Part shown: positions 38,059-46,868 of the stretch, one piece after another
Layout of the letters: each line of letters begins with the position of its first letter
Numbering within the stretch: position 1 is the first letter of the stretch
Source of the DNA: a bacterium
Lineage (GTDB): Bacteria; Patescibacteriota; Minisyncoccia; UBA6257; GWB1-50-10
NCBI GenBank assembly: GCA_021814165.1
Contig: JAKAIX010000002.1
Coordinates: 5,371 to 69,370, forward strand
Length of the DNA: 64,000 bases
Direction of reading: 5' to 3'
Notes under the pieces: model-generated
What the model saw: only the letters and a program-made list of their open reading frames with translations
What the model was told of the DNA's origin: nothing
The model's database searches: none
Made by a program: the position numbers and the translations under genes

Positions 38059-40660
38059 CTCGGAGCGTGCCGCGGACTATTTTGTCCGCGAGTGCGTCGA
38101 CAATCACTTTTTGGATAAGCCGCTTCACGGGGCGGGCGCCGTAATCGGGATCAAAGCCGTGTTCTATAATGTAGCGTTTTACCTCCGGTTTGATCTGGAG
38201 CGTAATCCCCTTCTCGAGAAGGCGGGCTTTTACTTCGCCAAGCTGAATATCCACGATTTTCTCGATGTCTTCGGGAGAAAGCGCATTGAAGATGATTATT
38301 TCGTCCAGACGATTCAAGAATTCCGGCTTGAAGGTTTCGCGGAGCGAATCCATGACCCGTTCCCCGAACTGTTCTTCCTTCTCCCGCAACGCCTCCCCGC
38401 CGCGGCCAACCTTGAAACCCAAGGAGGACATCTCGCGGAAATATTCGCTTCCCACGTTCGAGGTAAGAATGATGACGGCGTTCTTGAAGTTTGCAATCTT
38501 TCCTTTCGAGTCGGTAAGCCGTCCGTTGTCCAATACCTGAAGCAGAATGTTAAATACCTCGGGATGCGCTTTCTCGATTTCATCGAAGAGGATTAAGCTG
38601 TACGGTCGATGGCGGATCATGTCGGTAAGCCGCCCCCCTTCGTCATACCCTACGTAACCGGGCGGCGAGCCGATGAGACGGGACACCGAGTGCCGTTCCA
38701 TATATTCCGACATATCGATTCTGATTAAGGATTTCTCATCATTGAACATGAATTCCGCGAGCGCGCGGGCGAGTTCCGTTTTTCCGACGCCGGTCGGCCC
38801 CAGAAACATAAACGACCCCGCCGGCTTGTCTTCGTCGGCAAGTCCGGCGCGCGAGCGACGGAGCGCGCGGGCGACGGAATCGATCGCCTCTTCCTGTCCC
38901 ACGACGCGACGGCGGAGTTCCTCCTCGATTCTCGCGAGTTTTTTCATCTCGGATTCGAGCATCCGGGAAACGGGTATCCCCGTCCAGCGGGAAACGACGG
39001 CGGCGATGTCTTCTTCATCCACCACTTCTTTTATGAAGAATTCGCGTTTGTGCGTTTTTGTACGCGCACCCGCGCTCGTTTTCACGCGCAGCTGTTTTTC
39101 GAGATCGCCGTACCGCTTTTCGATTTTCGGATACTCCCCGTAACGGATCTCCGCGACCCGATCGAAGTTCCCTTCCCGTTCCGCAATCTCCGCTTCGCGC
39201 TTCAAATCCTCCATCGCCTTCCTGATGGTATGAAGCGAACCCACCCCCGTTTTTTCTCCCTCCCAGAGGGCGGTGAGTCTCGCGTTCTCGGCTTTCAACT
39301 TTTTCAAATCCCTGACCACCTCCTTGAGGCGCGCGGTTTTCTTGGAACTCTGCTCCTTGTGGAGCGCGGACTTTTCTATTTCGAGACGGGTGATTTCCCT
39401 CCTGATTTTCTCGATCCCCTCGGGAACGCTGTCGGATTCGAGACGCCGCGCCGCGGCCGCCTCGTCAATCAAATCCACCGCCTTATCGGGAAGAAATCTG
39501 TCGGTGATATAACGCGCACCCAAATTCACCGCCGCGACGATCGCCTCGTCGGTGATCTTCAAGCCGTGGTGGGTTTCATACTTCTCCTTGAGCCCGCGGA
39601 GAATCGCGATCGAATCGTCGACCGAGGGTTCTTCGACAAGGATCGGCTGGAATCTGCGTTCGAGTGCGGCGTCTTTCTCGATATACTTCTGGTATTCCTT
39701 CAAAGTGGTCGCTCCGATTGCGTGAAGCTCTCCCCGCGCGAGCGCTGGTTTCAAGAGGTTTGACGCATCGATTGCCCCTTCCGCGGCACCCGCACCCACA
39801 ATCATGTGGATCTCATCGATAAAAAGGATGATGCGCCCTTCCGACTCGCGGACTTCCTTCATAAACGCCTTGAATCTGTCTTCAAACTCTCCTCGGAACT
39901 TCGTGCCCGCAATCAAGGACCCCAGATCGAGCATGATAATTTCTTTCCGTTTTAAGGACTCGGGCACGTCGCCGGAGACGATGCGCTGCGCCAATCCCTC
40001 CACAATCGAGGTTTTTCCGACCCCCGGCTCACCAATCAGCACGGGGTTGTTTTTCGTGCGCCGCGAGAGAATTTGCATGAGACGACGGAGCTCGTCCTCG
40101 CGTCCGATCACCGGGTCGAGTTTTCCGCCGCGCGCTTTTTCCGTAATGTTCACCGCGTATTTTTCGAGTACCTGGAATTTCGCTTCCGGCGTTTCGTCCG
40201 TCACCCGCGTCGAACCGCGAAGCCCTGCAAGCGTTCGCATTAATATGTCCTTGCGCGCGCCGAAATGAGAAAGCACGTCCTGCGCCACGGACGGAATATC
40301 GGAGAGTGAGACCAAGAGATGTTCGCACGAGATAAACTCGTCTTTCTGCTTCATCGCAATTTCTCCCGCCTTATCCAGGATGCGCATCAATTCTTGGGAA
40401 AGATAAAGCTGCCCCACCGCGCCTTGGGAAGAAAAAATTTTCGGGAGCTTGTCGAGCGTCGTTTTCACTTCGCGTTCGAGTTCCGCGAGATTCACGTTTG
40501 CGCGAAGAAGAAGCGGCCTTACGAGCGTCTGCTCGTCGTCGAGGAGCGCGGCTAAAAGATGCAGCGCCTTGAGCTCGCCGTGATTGTAGCGCGCAACCGC
40601 CTCCTGCGCTCCCTGGAGCGCTTCCTGCGCCTTGATGGTAAAACGTTGAAAGTTGGGCAT
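38000..40660 (-). CDS. clpB: ATP-dependent chaperone ClpB
   Basis: 886 aa; Clp N-domain, two AAA+ modules ([16 protein letters not shown] Walker A), and a long middle coiled-coil domain characteristic of ClpB. Confidence 0.95.
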   Translation of the reverse strand: MPNFQRFTIKAQEALQGAQEAVARYNHGELKALHLLAALLDDEQTLVRPLLLRANVNLAELEREVKTTLDKLPKIFSSQGAVGQLYLSQELMRILDKAGEIAMKQKDEFISCEHLLVSLSDIPSVAQDVLSHFGARKDILMRTLAGLRGSTRVTDETPEAKFQVLEKYAVNITEKARGGKLDPVIGREDELRRLMQILSRRTKNNPVLIGEPGVGKTSIVEGLAQRIVSGDVPESLKRKEIIMLDLGSLIAGTKFRGEFEDRFKAFMKEVRESEGRIILFIDEIHMIVGAGAAEGAIDASNLLKPALARGELHAIGATTLKEYQKYIEKDAALERRFQPILVEEPSVDDSIAILRGLKEKYETHHGLKITDEAIVAAVNLGARYITDRFLPDKAVDLIDEAAAARRLESDSVPEGIEKIRREITRLEIEKSALHKEQSSKKTARLKEVVRDLKKLKAENARLTALWEGEKTGVGSLHTIRKAMEDLKREAEIAEREGNFDRVAEIRYGEYPKIEKRYGDLEKQLRVKTSAGARTKTHKREFFIKEVVDEEDIAAVVSRWTGIPVSRMLESEMKKLARIEEELRRRVVGQEEAIDSVARALRRSRAGLADEDKPAGSFMFLGPTGVGKTELARALAEFMFNDEKSLIRIDMSEYMERHSVSRLIGSPPGYVGYDEGGRLTDMIRHRPYSLILFDEIEKAHPEVFNILLQVLDNGRLTDSKGKIANFKNAVIILTSNVGSEYFREMSSLGFKVGRGGEALREKEEQFGERVMDSLRETFKPEFLNRLDEIIIFNALSPEDIEKIVDIQLGEVKARLLEKGITLQIKPEVKRYIIEHGFDPDYGARPVKRLIQKVIVDALADKIVRGTLRDGTKATVILTKGDQVEVTV

Positions 40661-40663
40661 AGA

Positions 40664-40760
40664 ACGAGAATTTTCAATTTCCGATTATCAATTTTCAGGA
40701 CTTGTTTTGAAAATTGGTTTATTGGAAATTCACTGAAAATTGGAAATTGATAATTGAAAA
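40664..40760. repeat. intergenic inverted heptad-array element, copy C
   Basis: ttttcaatttccgattatcaatttt ... cactgaaaattggaaattgataattgaaaat; abuts the clpB start codon (12 nt upstream). Confidence 0.8.
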
Positions 40761-40848
40761 TCAATTACTCATTACACTACGTTACATTATACGTCATCCT
40801 ACTCTTTTTTTGTAAGATTAGCAAGCAAGCAACCCGAGTGCTAATTTT

Positions 40849-42105
40849 CTACTCCCCCTTCGGCCGGGCTTCAAGCGTAACGGATAGGTCGAGCGTTTTG
40901 TCTCCTCTCTGCACCTTAAGCGTAATCGTGTCGCCAACGTTGTAACGCCCTACGAGATCGATAAGCGAGTGGTCCTGATCCACTCCCACCCCGTTCACCT
41001 CGAGCACGATGTCTTCCGCCTTGAGTCCCGCCTTCGCCGCCGGAGAATCGGGAATAACGGCCGGTCCGTTCCCCGATCCGCGGAGCAATGCGCCATGATC
41101 GGCGGCAAGCTTCTGCGAACTTGCCATATCGGAGGTGATTGCCATATAACGGACGCCCAGATACGGAGTTTTGATATCTCCCGTCGCTTTCACCGATCGT
41201 ATATCGCGTTTCGCCTGATTCACGGGTATCGCGAAACCGATGTTCTGGGCGCCGGAAGCGATCGCGGTATTAATACCGATAACTTCTCCCTGAAGATTCA
41301 GGAGCGGGCCGCCGGAATTTCCCGGATTGATTGCCGCATCGGTTTGAATAACTCCCTGGATTGTTTCGGAACCGATCGTATTCCCGGATGCGGTAATCGT
41401 TCTTTGAAGTCCCGAAATAACGCCCACCGAAACCGTGTTTCGGAATTCTCCCAGCGAATTTCCGATCGCGATTGCGGTCTGCCCGAGTTCCAGCGCATCG
41501 GAATCCCCGAGCTGTACTACGGGCAGATGTTCGGCGTCGATCTTCAAAACCGCGAGATCCTGCACCGGATCGCGGGCGAGTACTTTTGCGGGATATTTCT
41601 TCCCGCTATTCGTGAGCACCGTATAATCGGCGCTTGTGTCGCTCACGACGTGTTTGTTCGTGAGTATGAGCCCGTTCTCCGAGATGATGAACCCCGATCC
41701 GCCCCCGACCTCCTGATATTTCGTACCCTTTTCGCATGGTTGCGAAAATTGAGGTCCTTGTATGAAGAATCCTCTAAACTCCGGGGGAAGGTTTTCAAAG
41801 GGATCATAGGGGCAGTTTTCAATAACCGGCAGGTCCTTACTGATAACAATGGATACGACGGAAGGCGAAGCTTTTTTCACCGCGCTCACTACCGCCCGTT
41901 CGTAATCGACGGTAGGAGCATAGAGCGGCGGCGTGGTAGTTGAGACGCTGGCGGAAGGCTGCACGGTTTCCGTCGAACTTCCCTTGAGAAAGTTCCAGAT
42001 GTCGCCAAGGATGCTCGCGCGCGCGGAGCCCGCCGAGGCGAGCGATCCCGCGACTCCTCCCAAAAAACCGGCAATAAGAACTGCTACGAGAATCTTCTTC
42101 TGCAT
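40849..42105 (-). CDS. HtrA/DegP-family serine protease with PDZ domain
   Basis: TNKHVV (His), GNSGGPLLN (Ser) and a C-terminal PDZ domain; N-terminal TM anchor. Confidence 0.85.
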   Translation of the reverse strand: MQKKILVAVLIAGFLGGVAGSLASAGSARASILGDIWNFLKGSSTETVQPSASVSTTTPPLYAPTVDYERAVVSAVKKASPSVVSIVISKDLPVIENCPYDPFENLPPEFRGFFIQGPQFSQPCEKGTKYQEVGGGSGFIISENGLILTNKHVVSDTSADYTVLTNSGKKYPAKVLARDPVQDLAVLKIDAEHLPVVQLGDSDALELGQTAIAIGNSLGEFRNTVSVGVISGLQRTITASGNTIGSETIQGVIQTDAAINPGNSGGPLLNLQGEVIGINTAIASGAQNIGFAIPVNQAKRDIRSVKATGDIKTPYLGVRYMAITSDMASSQKLAADHGALLRGSGNGPAVIPDSPAAKAGLKAEDIVLEVNGVGVDQDHSLIDLVGRYNVGDTITLKVQRGDKTLDLSVTLEARPKGE

Positions 42106-42208
42106 ACTACGCTGGAATTATGCGAAACACTTGATGATAGCAGGCGCGCGAACGGGCGATAATGAAACCGCCCTTCGCTCACCTTCATGATGTACTACTC
42201 TTTTCTCC

Positions 42209-43003
42209 CTATTTTATTTCGTATCGCAACGTCACAGTCACATTCACTTCCTGGGAACCCGGCTCGATCGCGGGAGCGGGCGCTGCTGCTTCGATTCCTC
42301 CCAAACCGCTCACCGTCGCTTTCATACTCCTCATATTATCGTAGTAGAGCGGACCGTACCCCGACTCATCAACCGAAAGAAGGCGTCCTATCGAAAAGCC
42401 CGCCGCGTCGGCGATCCCTTCCGCTTGCACCTTTGCTTTTTCTATCGCGTCGGCGCGCGCATCATTTTTCGCTTTTTCGGGATCATCGATCGTAAACTGG
42501 AGCTGGGAAACGGTGTTTGCGCCGTTCTTCACTACGCCCGAGAGAATGTCACCGATTTTCGAGAAATCCCGGATCTTCACGTCGACATTCTGGGTTACGG
42601 TATACCCTACGATCTCCGCCGGCGGACAGGGCTGGGCGCTCCCGCTTACATACTGCCCGCAATTGTAATACTGGTAGCGCGGGGTGATGGAATAGCCGCT
42701 CGTCTTCACGTCTTTTGCATTAACGCCGCTTGATTTCACGAAATCGATCGCGTTATTCATCTTCTCCGTGTTGGTCTTCTGAAGCGATCCGACGTCCTTT
42801 CCTCCCTCCGTCGTCACGCTGAAATTAAACTCGGCAACGTCGGGAACCGTGACCACTTTTCCCTGCGCAGTCACCGTGAAACTCCGGAACGACGAGGGCT
42901 CGACCGAAGCCGAGTAGGTATTCACGTAACTTAATGCCGCATAGGCACCGACCAAAAGCGCAATCGTCAGCGCAACGTACATATACGATTTCGATTTATC
43001 CAT
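42209..43003 (-). CDS. SIMPL-domain (DUF541) protein, periplasmic/secreted
   Basis: N-terminal TM/signal; two-lobed SIMPL-like pattern; 264 aa. Confidence 0.6.
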   Translation of the reverse strand: MDKSKSYMYVALTIALLVGAYAALSYVNTYSASVEPSSFRSFTVTAQGKVVTVPDVAEFNFSVTTEGGKDVGSLQKTNTEKMNNAIDFVKSSGVNAKDVKTSGYSITPRYQYYNCGQYVSGSAQPCPPAEIVGYTVTQNVDVKIRDFSKIGDILSGVVKNGANTVSQLQFTIDDPEKAKNDARADAIEKAKVQAEGIADAAGFSIGRLLSVDESGYGPLYYDNMRSMKATVSGLGGIEAAAPAPAIEPGSQEVNVTVTLRYEIK

Positions 43004-43046
43004 ATTTTCTATTCCTATATGTTATTTTTCTTCGACCGAAGAATTA

Positions 43047-43146
43047 TAACATTTCGAATTTTCAATTTCCAATGGTCAATATTCAATCAATTTTTTAATT
43101 TGAGAATTTCAAAATTCACTGAAAATTGGAAATTGATAATCGAAAA
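43047..43146. repeat. intergenic inverted heptad-array element, copy D
   Basis: aattttcaatttccaatggtcaatatt ... cactgaaaattggaaattgataatcgaaaat; ends at the stop of the cysteine desulfurase gene. Confidence 0.8.
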
Positions 43147-44670
43147 TTACTCTCCGAGCAATTTTTTTATTCTCCTCACCGCCTCCCTTATTTCCTGTCT
43201 CGTTGTCGGCACACCGAAGCTAAACCGTATGCTCCCGCGGATGCGTTCCGACGGAAGTCCCAACGCCTCAAGCACGTGGGAGGGAACGAACGAGCGAGCG
43301 CTGCACGCCGAACCCGAGGATGCGGCGATGCCCGCCATGTCCATCTTCACCAAGAGATCTCCGGCAAACTCCGTCGGGAAATAGGCGTTTATGATGTGCG
43401 GTGCCATAATTCCTGATTCCTTATTCCCGATTCTTAATTCATTATCACCGTTCATCGATGCCTGCGGATATATTTTTTTCAACTCTCTCCAGAAGTAGTT
43501 CCTGACCTCCGTCACTTGCTTTGCGTGTTTCGCGCGTCCCTTCTCCGCGAGCATGGCCGCATTCCCGAATCCTACAATCGCGGGAACATTTTCCGTTCCC
43601 GAACGGAACCCAAATTCCTGGCCGCCCCCCGTCACGAATGGAATTAGGAATTTTGAATTATGAATTATGGCTCCGTCACGTTTCACCCCTAATTCCTTAT
43701 TCCTAATTCCTGATTCCTGTCCCTTTATTCCTGATTCTTGATTCTTAACGAAGAGCGCGCCCGCTCCCTTCGGGCCGTAGATCTTCTGGGAGGATAACGT
43801 CATGAGGTCAACGCCGAGCCGTCCCACGTCGCACTTGAAATATTCGAACGCCTGGGCGGCATCCACATGCAGGAGCGGATATGCCTCTCCTGCAAATCCA
43901 AAATCCAAATGACCAATGTAAAATGGACGAATCGTCGGCTGATGTGCTTTTAACATTGTGCTTTCAGCTATTGATTTGGCATTCAGCGTTTGAAATTTGG
44001 CATTTCTAAAATTTCTGATGACTTCAGAAATTTTAGAAATTGGCTGTACGCTCCCTATCTCGTTATTCACGTACATAACGGACACGAGCACTGTCCGTTC
44101 ATCAAGCATCGTTTCGAGTTTTTTCAAATCAACAATTCCCCTCTTATCGACGGGAAGTACCGCAACTTCCACGCCGTCCTTCTCGAGGGCGTACGCGGTA
44201 TCCAGCACCGACTCGTGTTCAATCGCCGAGACGATAACCTTTGGACGAAAGCCACGAGTTATACTTCCCTTCCGTCGCCCCCCTAATTCCTTATTCCCTG
44301 CCTGCCTGCGCAGGCAGGCCTGCGCAGGCAGGTTTATTCCTGACTCCCGTCCTCTTATTCCTGATTCCCATTCCCTGGTTCCGAAAACAACACCGCGGAG
44401 TGCGAGGTTGTTTGCCTCGGTTGCGCCCGAGGTGAATATTACTTCACGAAATTCCGCATGGATCGCTTTCGCGATCGTCTCCCGTGCGGCATCGATCGCC
44501 GCAATCGCCTCCTGTCCGAATGAATGCAATGATCCGGGGTTCCCGAATGTATCCGAGAAGTACGGTTCCATCACGCGCTTTACTTCCCGCAGAACGGGCG
44601 TGGAGGCGGCGTAATCTAAATAAATCTTCAGAGATTGTTTCTTCATTTTTTCGTTACCCTTAGACACCAA
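43147..44670 (-). CDS. cysteine desulfurase (class V aminotransferase, NifS/IscS-like) carrying four in-frame insertions
   Basis: DYAASTP, SGATEANN, SSQKIYGPKG (PLP Lys) and SSGSACS (catalytic Cys loop) are all conserved. At 507 aa it is about 110 aa longer than typical, because of palindromic DNA inserts. Confidence 0.8.
   Translation of the reverse strand: MVSKGNEKMKKQSLKIYLDYAASTPVLREVKRVMEPYFSDTFGNPGSLHSFGQEAIAAIDAARETIAKAIHAEFREVIFTSGATEANNLALRGVVFGTREWESGIRGRESGINLPAQACLRRQAGNKELGGRRKGSITRGFRPKVIVSAIEHESVLDTAYALEKDGVEVAVLPVDKRGIVDLKKLETMLDERTVLVSVMYVNNEIGSVQPISKISEVIRNFRNAKFQTLNAKSIAESTMLKAHQPTIRPFYIGHLDFGFAGEAYPLLHVDAAQAFEYFKCDVGRLGVDLMTLSSQKIYGPKGAGALFVKNQESGIKGQESGIRNKELGVKRDGAIIHNSKFLIPFVTGGGQEFGFRSGTENVPAIVGFGNAAMLAEKGRAKHAKQVTEVRNYFWRELKKIYPQASMNGDNELRIGNKESGIMAPHIINAYFPTEFAGDLLVKMDMAGIAASSGSACSARSFVPSHVLEALGLPSERIRGSIRFSFGVPTTRQEIREAVRRIKKLLGE
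44297..44332. repeat. perfect GC palindrome inside the cysteine desulfurase CDS
   Basis: cctgcctgcctgcgcaggcaggcctgcgcaggcagg; translated in frame as LPAQACLRRQAG. Confidence 0.8.
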
Positions 44671-44679
44671 ACAAAGAAG

Positions 44680-44835
44680 ATGATTGCCCTCTATAAAATC
44701 CTAAACTCAAAATCCTAAATCCTAAACAATTACCAAAAAATAAAAACCCGGATATCCGAAACACGGGTTTTCGAAATTCGAATTTCTGTCATTGAAATTT
44801 GTTTAGAGTTTAGCGCTTAGGGTTTAGGATTTTCC
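44680..44835. terminator. large palindromic intergenic structure: CCTAAA/TTTAGGG-type heptad arms flanking a rho-independent terminator hairpin (44742-44770)
   Basis: aaaacccg-gatatccgaaaca-cgggtttt flanked by aaatcctaaactcaaaatcctaaatcctaaac and gtttagagtttagcgcttagggtttaggatttt. Confidence 0.55.
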
Positions 44836-44844
44836 CATCCCCTT

Positions 44845-45324
44845 TTACTCTTCTTTCTTCGTCTCCTTGTCAATAAATCTGTTAATGCTCGGCAAGCGGG
44901 AGATCCAAAGCGTTACGCTCATGCCGAGCGCGGCAATTACCGCAAACTCCAGGAGCCCTATCCCGCACAACACCCCGATCGCGGCGACGAACCAAATCGT
45001 GGCCGCGGTGGTGAGTCCGCGCACGTGTACCCCCTGTTTCACGATAATCCCGGCTCCCAAGAATCCCACTCCCACGATCACATTCGCGATAACCGCAAAG
45101 AAACCGCTGTTCCTCGCGATGATATCGGTGAGGTGCGTCGGAGAAAACGCGACGAGATACGGGAGGGACATTCCCACGATCGAAAAGATTGCAGCACCCG
45201 CGGCGACCATCATGTCGGTTCGGAGTCCCGCTTCCTTCCCCGCGAACTGCCGCTCGACACCCATAATGAGCCCGAGGAGTGCGGCGAGCGCGAGACGGAT
45301 AAGCATTTGTTCGAGAGTTAACAT
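44845..45324 (-). CDS. MgtC/SapB-family membrane protein
   Basis: Motif GLIMGVERQFAGKEAGLRT is the MgtC signature. The first ATG is at 45324 (MLTLEQ...); the track ORF start at 45351 is a TTG within element E. Confidence 0.7.
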   Translation of the reverse strand: MLTLEQMLIRLALAALLGLIMGVERQFAGKEAGLRTDMMVAAGAAIFSIVGMSLPYLVAFSPTHLTDIIARNSGFFAVIANVIVGVGFLGAGIIVKQGVHVRGLTTAATIWFVAAIGVLCGIGLLEFAVIAALGMSVTLWISRLPSINRFIDKETKKEE

Positions 45325-45334
45325 GATTTCATTA

Positions 45335-45431
45335 TAATGCTCAATTTCCAATGATCAATTTTCAATCAATTTTTTAATTCGAAAATTTTAAAATCGACTG
45401 AAAATCGGAAATTGATAATTGAAAATTCTCG
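45335..45431. repeat. intergenic inverted heptad-array element, copy E
   Basis: ctcaatttccaatgatcaattttcaat ... gactgaaaatcggaaattgataattgaaaat; contains a palindromic ATTATAAT box 9 nt upstream of the mgtC-like ATG. Confidence 0.8.
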
Positions 45432-46007
45432 CTATTTGTATTTCGGGTTTTTCTCTTTCACGCGAAGCACGTAGTTCGCAAAACGGGCAAGCGCGAAGAG
45501 TGCGCTTGAAAGACGGTTCATAAACTGAAGGAATTCCTTCGAGAACGCCGCACGTTTTCCGAACGCGACCGCGGAACGTTCCGCACGACGGGAAATCGCC
45601 CGCGCAATATCGAGCATGGCGGAAAGCTCGCTTCCTCCCGGCAGCACAAAATTGCGGAGCGTGGGGAGTATGGCGTCGATTTTTTGTATCGCGTGCTCGA
45701 GCCGCGCCGTCTTCGCTTCCGTGATGCGCGGAATAGCTTTCATCGAGTAAGAAAACCCGACTGCGGCGGCTTCCGCCTGCGCGATAAAAAGATCTTCCTG
45801 CAGATGTTCGAGCGACTCGAATATCAGCGATCCCGCTTTTTTCTTCGAGAGCGTTTTCTTCGCCTCAACCGCACAAAGCCCGATCCATGAATTCAATTCA
45901 TCCAGATTTCCGAGAAGCTCAAAAAGCGCATCGTCCTTCCCGATACGTTTGTTGCCGAAGGCGCTTTGTCCTTTGTCCCCATGCCCTGTGAAAAATCGCG
46001 TTTTCAT
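45432..46007 (-). CDS. PduO-type ATP:cob(I)alamin adenosyltransferase (Cob_adeno_trans family)
   Basis: TGHGDKGQSAFG..RI.K N-terminus and LDELNSWIG motifs; 191 aa. Confidence 0.75.
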   Translation of the reverse strand: MKTRFFTGHGDKGQSAFGNKRIGKDDALFELLGNLDELNSWIGLCAVEAKKTLSKKKAGSLIFESLEHLQEDLFIAQAEAAAVGFSYSMKAIPRITEAKTARLEHAIQKIDAILPTLRNFVLPGGSELSAMLDIARAISRRAERSAVAFGKRAAFSKEFLQFMNRLSSALFALARFANYVLRVKEKNPKYK

Positions 46008-46047
46008 GATCCTTTTAATTATAACATTCCGCCCTCACTATAACTCT

Positions 46048-46130
46048 CTCTGTGCCGCACCTTCCCGAACGAGGGTAAGACTTGGCCAAGCGGCCCGGAG
46101 CGCCCGAGTGAAGGAAGGTGCGGCACAGAG
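46048..46130. other. long perfect hairpin (18-bp stem) enclosing the same 42-nt core as 37137-37223, in opposite orientation
   Basis: Stem ctctgtgccgcaccttcc / ggaaggtgcggcacagag; the core is the reverse complement of the copy-1 core, identical over 42 nt. Confidence 0.8.
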
Positions 46131-46171
46131 ACCTACCATCTCCCACTCCTTTCTGTTATTTTGAAAGAGAC

Positions 46172-46852
46172 ATGGATAAGAACGGCAAGTTCTTCGTGAT
46201 CGAGGGACCCGACGGAAGCGGAAAGACGGAGCAATTCAAGCTCCTCGCCGCGCGGCTTCCGCGCGAGGGATACCCCGTCGTAACGTTCGATTTTCCCCGA
46301 TACGATCGGGAATCCTCTTTCTTCGTGCGCGAATATCTGAACGGGGTATACGGCGGATGGCGGGACGTGGGACCGCGAAAGGCGTCGATCTTCTATGCGC
46401 TGGACCGGTTCGATGCGGCGCCGGAAATACGCGAAGCAAAGGCGCGCGGGGCTATAGTGCTCTCGAACAGATATGTCGCTTCGAATCTCGGTCATCAGGG
46501 AGCGAAACTCCCGACCTCGGAACAAAAAGATTTTTTTGAATGGGATTACCGCTTCGAGTTTTCCGAGCTCGGCATTCCCCATCCCGATCTGAATATCATT
46601 CTTCACGTGCCCGCGGAAGTCTCGTTCAAACTCATCGAGAAAAAAGGAAGGCGCGAGTATCTAAAGGGTGCGCGAAAAGACGTTCACGAAGAGGATATCG
46701 AACATTTGAAGGCCGCCGAAGAGGCATATCTCTTCATGGCAAAACTCTGGCCCGAGGAATACACGGTGATCGAGTGCGCGGAGAACGGGAAGCTCTTTTC
46801 CATCCAGGATATCCACGAACTGATCTGGGAAGCGGTGCGCAAAAAGTTCTGA
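46172..46852 (+). CDS. tmk: thymidylate kinase
   Basis: Start at MDKNGKFFVIEGPDGSGKT (P-loop); DRY-like motif; 226 aa. Confidence 0.9.
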   Translation: MDKNGKFFVIEGPDGSGKTEQFKLLAARLPREGYPVVTFDFPRYDRESSFFVREYLNGVYGGWRDVGPRKASIFYALDRFDAAPEIREAKARGAIVLSNRYVASNLGHQGAKLPTSEQKDFFEWDYRFEFSELGIPHPDLNIILHVPAEVSFKLIEKKGRREYLKGARKDVHEEDIEHLKAAEEAYLFMAKLWPEEYTVIECAENGKLFSIQDIHELIWEAVRKKF

Positions 46853-46868
46853 GGGAGCGTCGGCTTCG

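Noticed and set aside
28970-45431. CRISPR array interpretation of the five AT-rich repeats
   Set aside because: Copies are 1.5 to 10 kb apart, each flanked by coding genes. They are internally inverted rather than identical direct repeats with unique spacers, and no cas genes are present.
46172-46852. Reading tmk plus the nearby rmlA/rmlB as evidence for a dTDP-sugar salvage cluster
   Set aside because: tmk is a universal housekeeping gene. It is separated from the glycan locus by about 18 kb and sits on the opposite strand, so no functional linkage is inferred.
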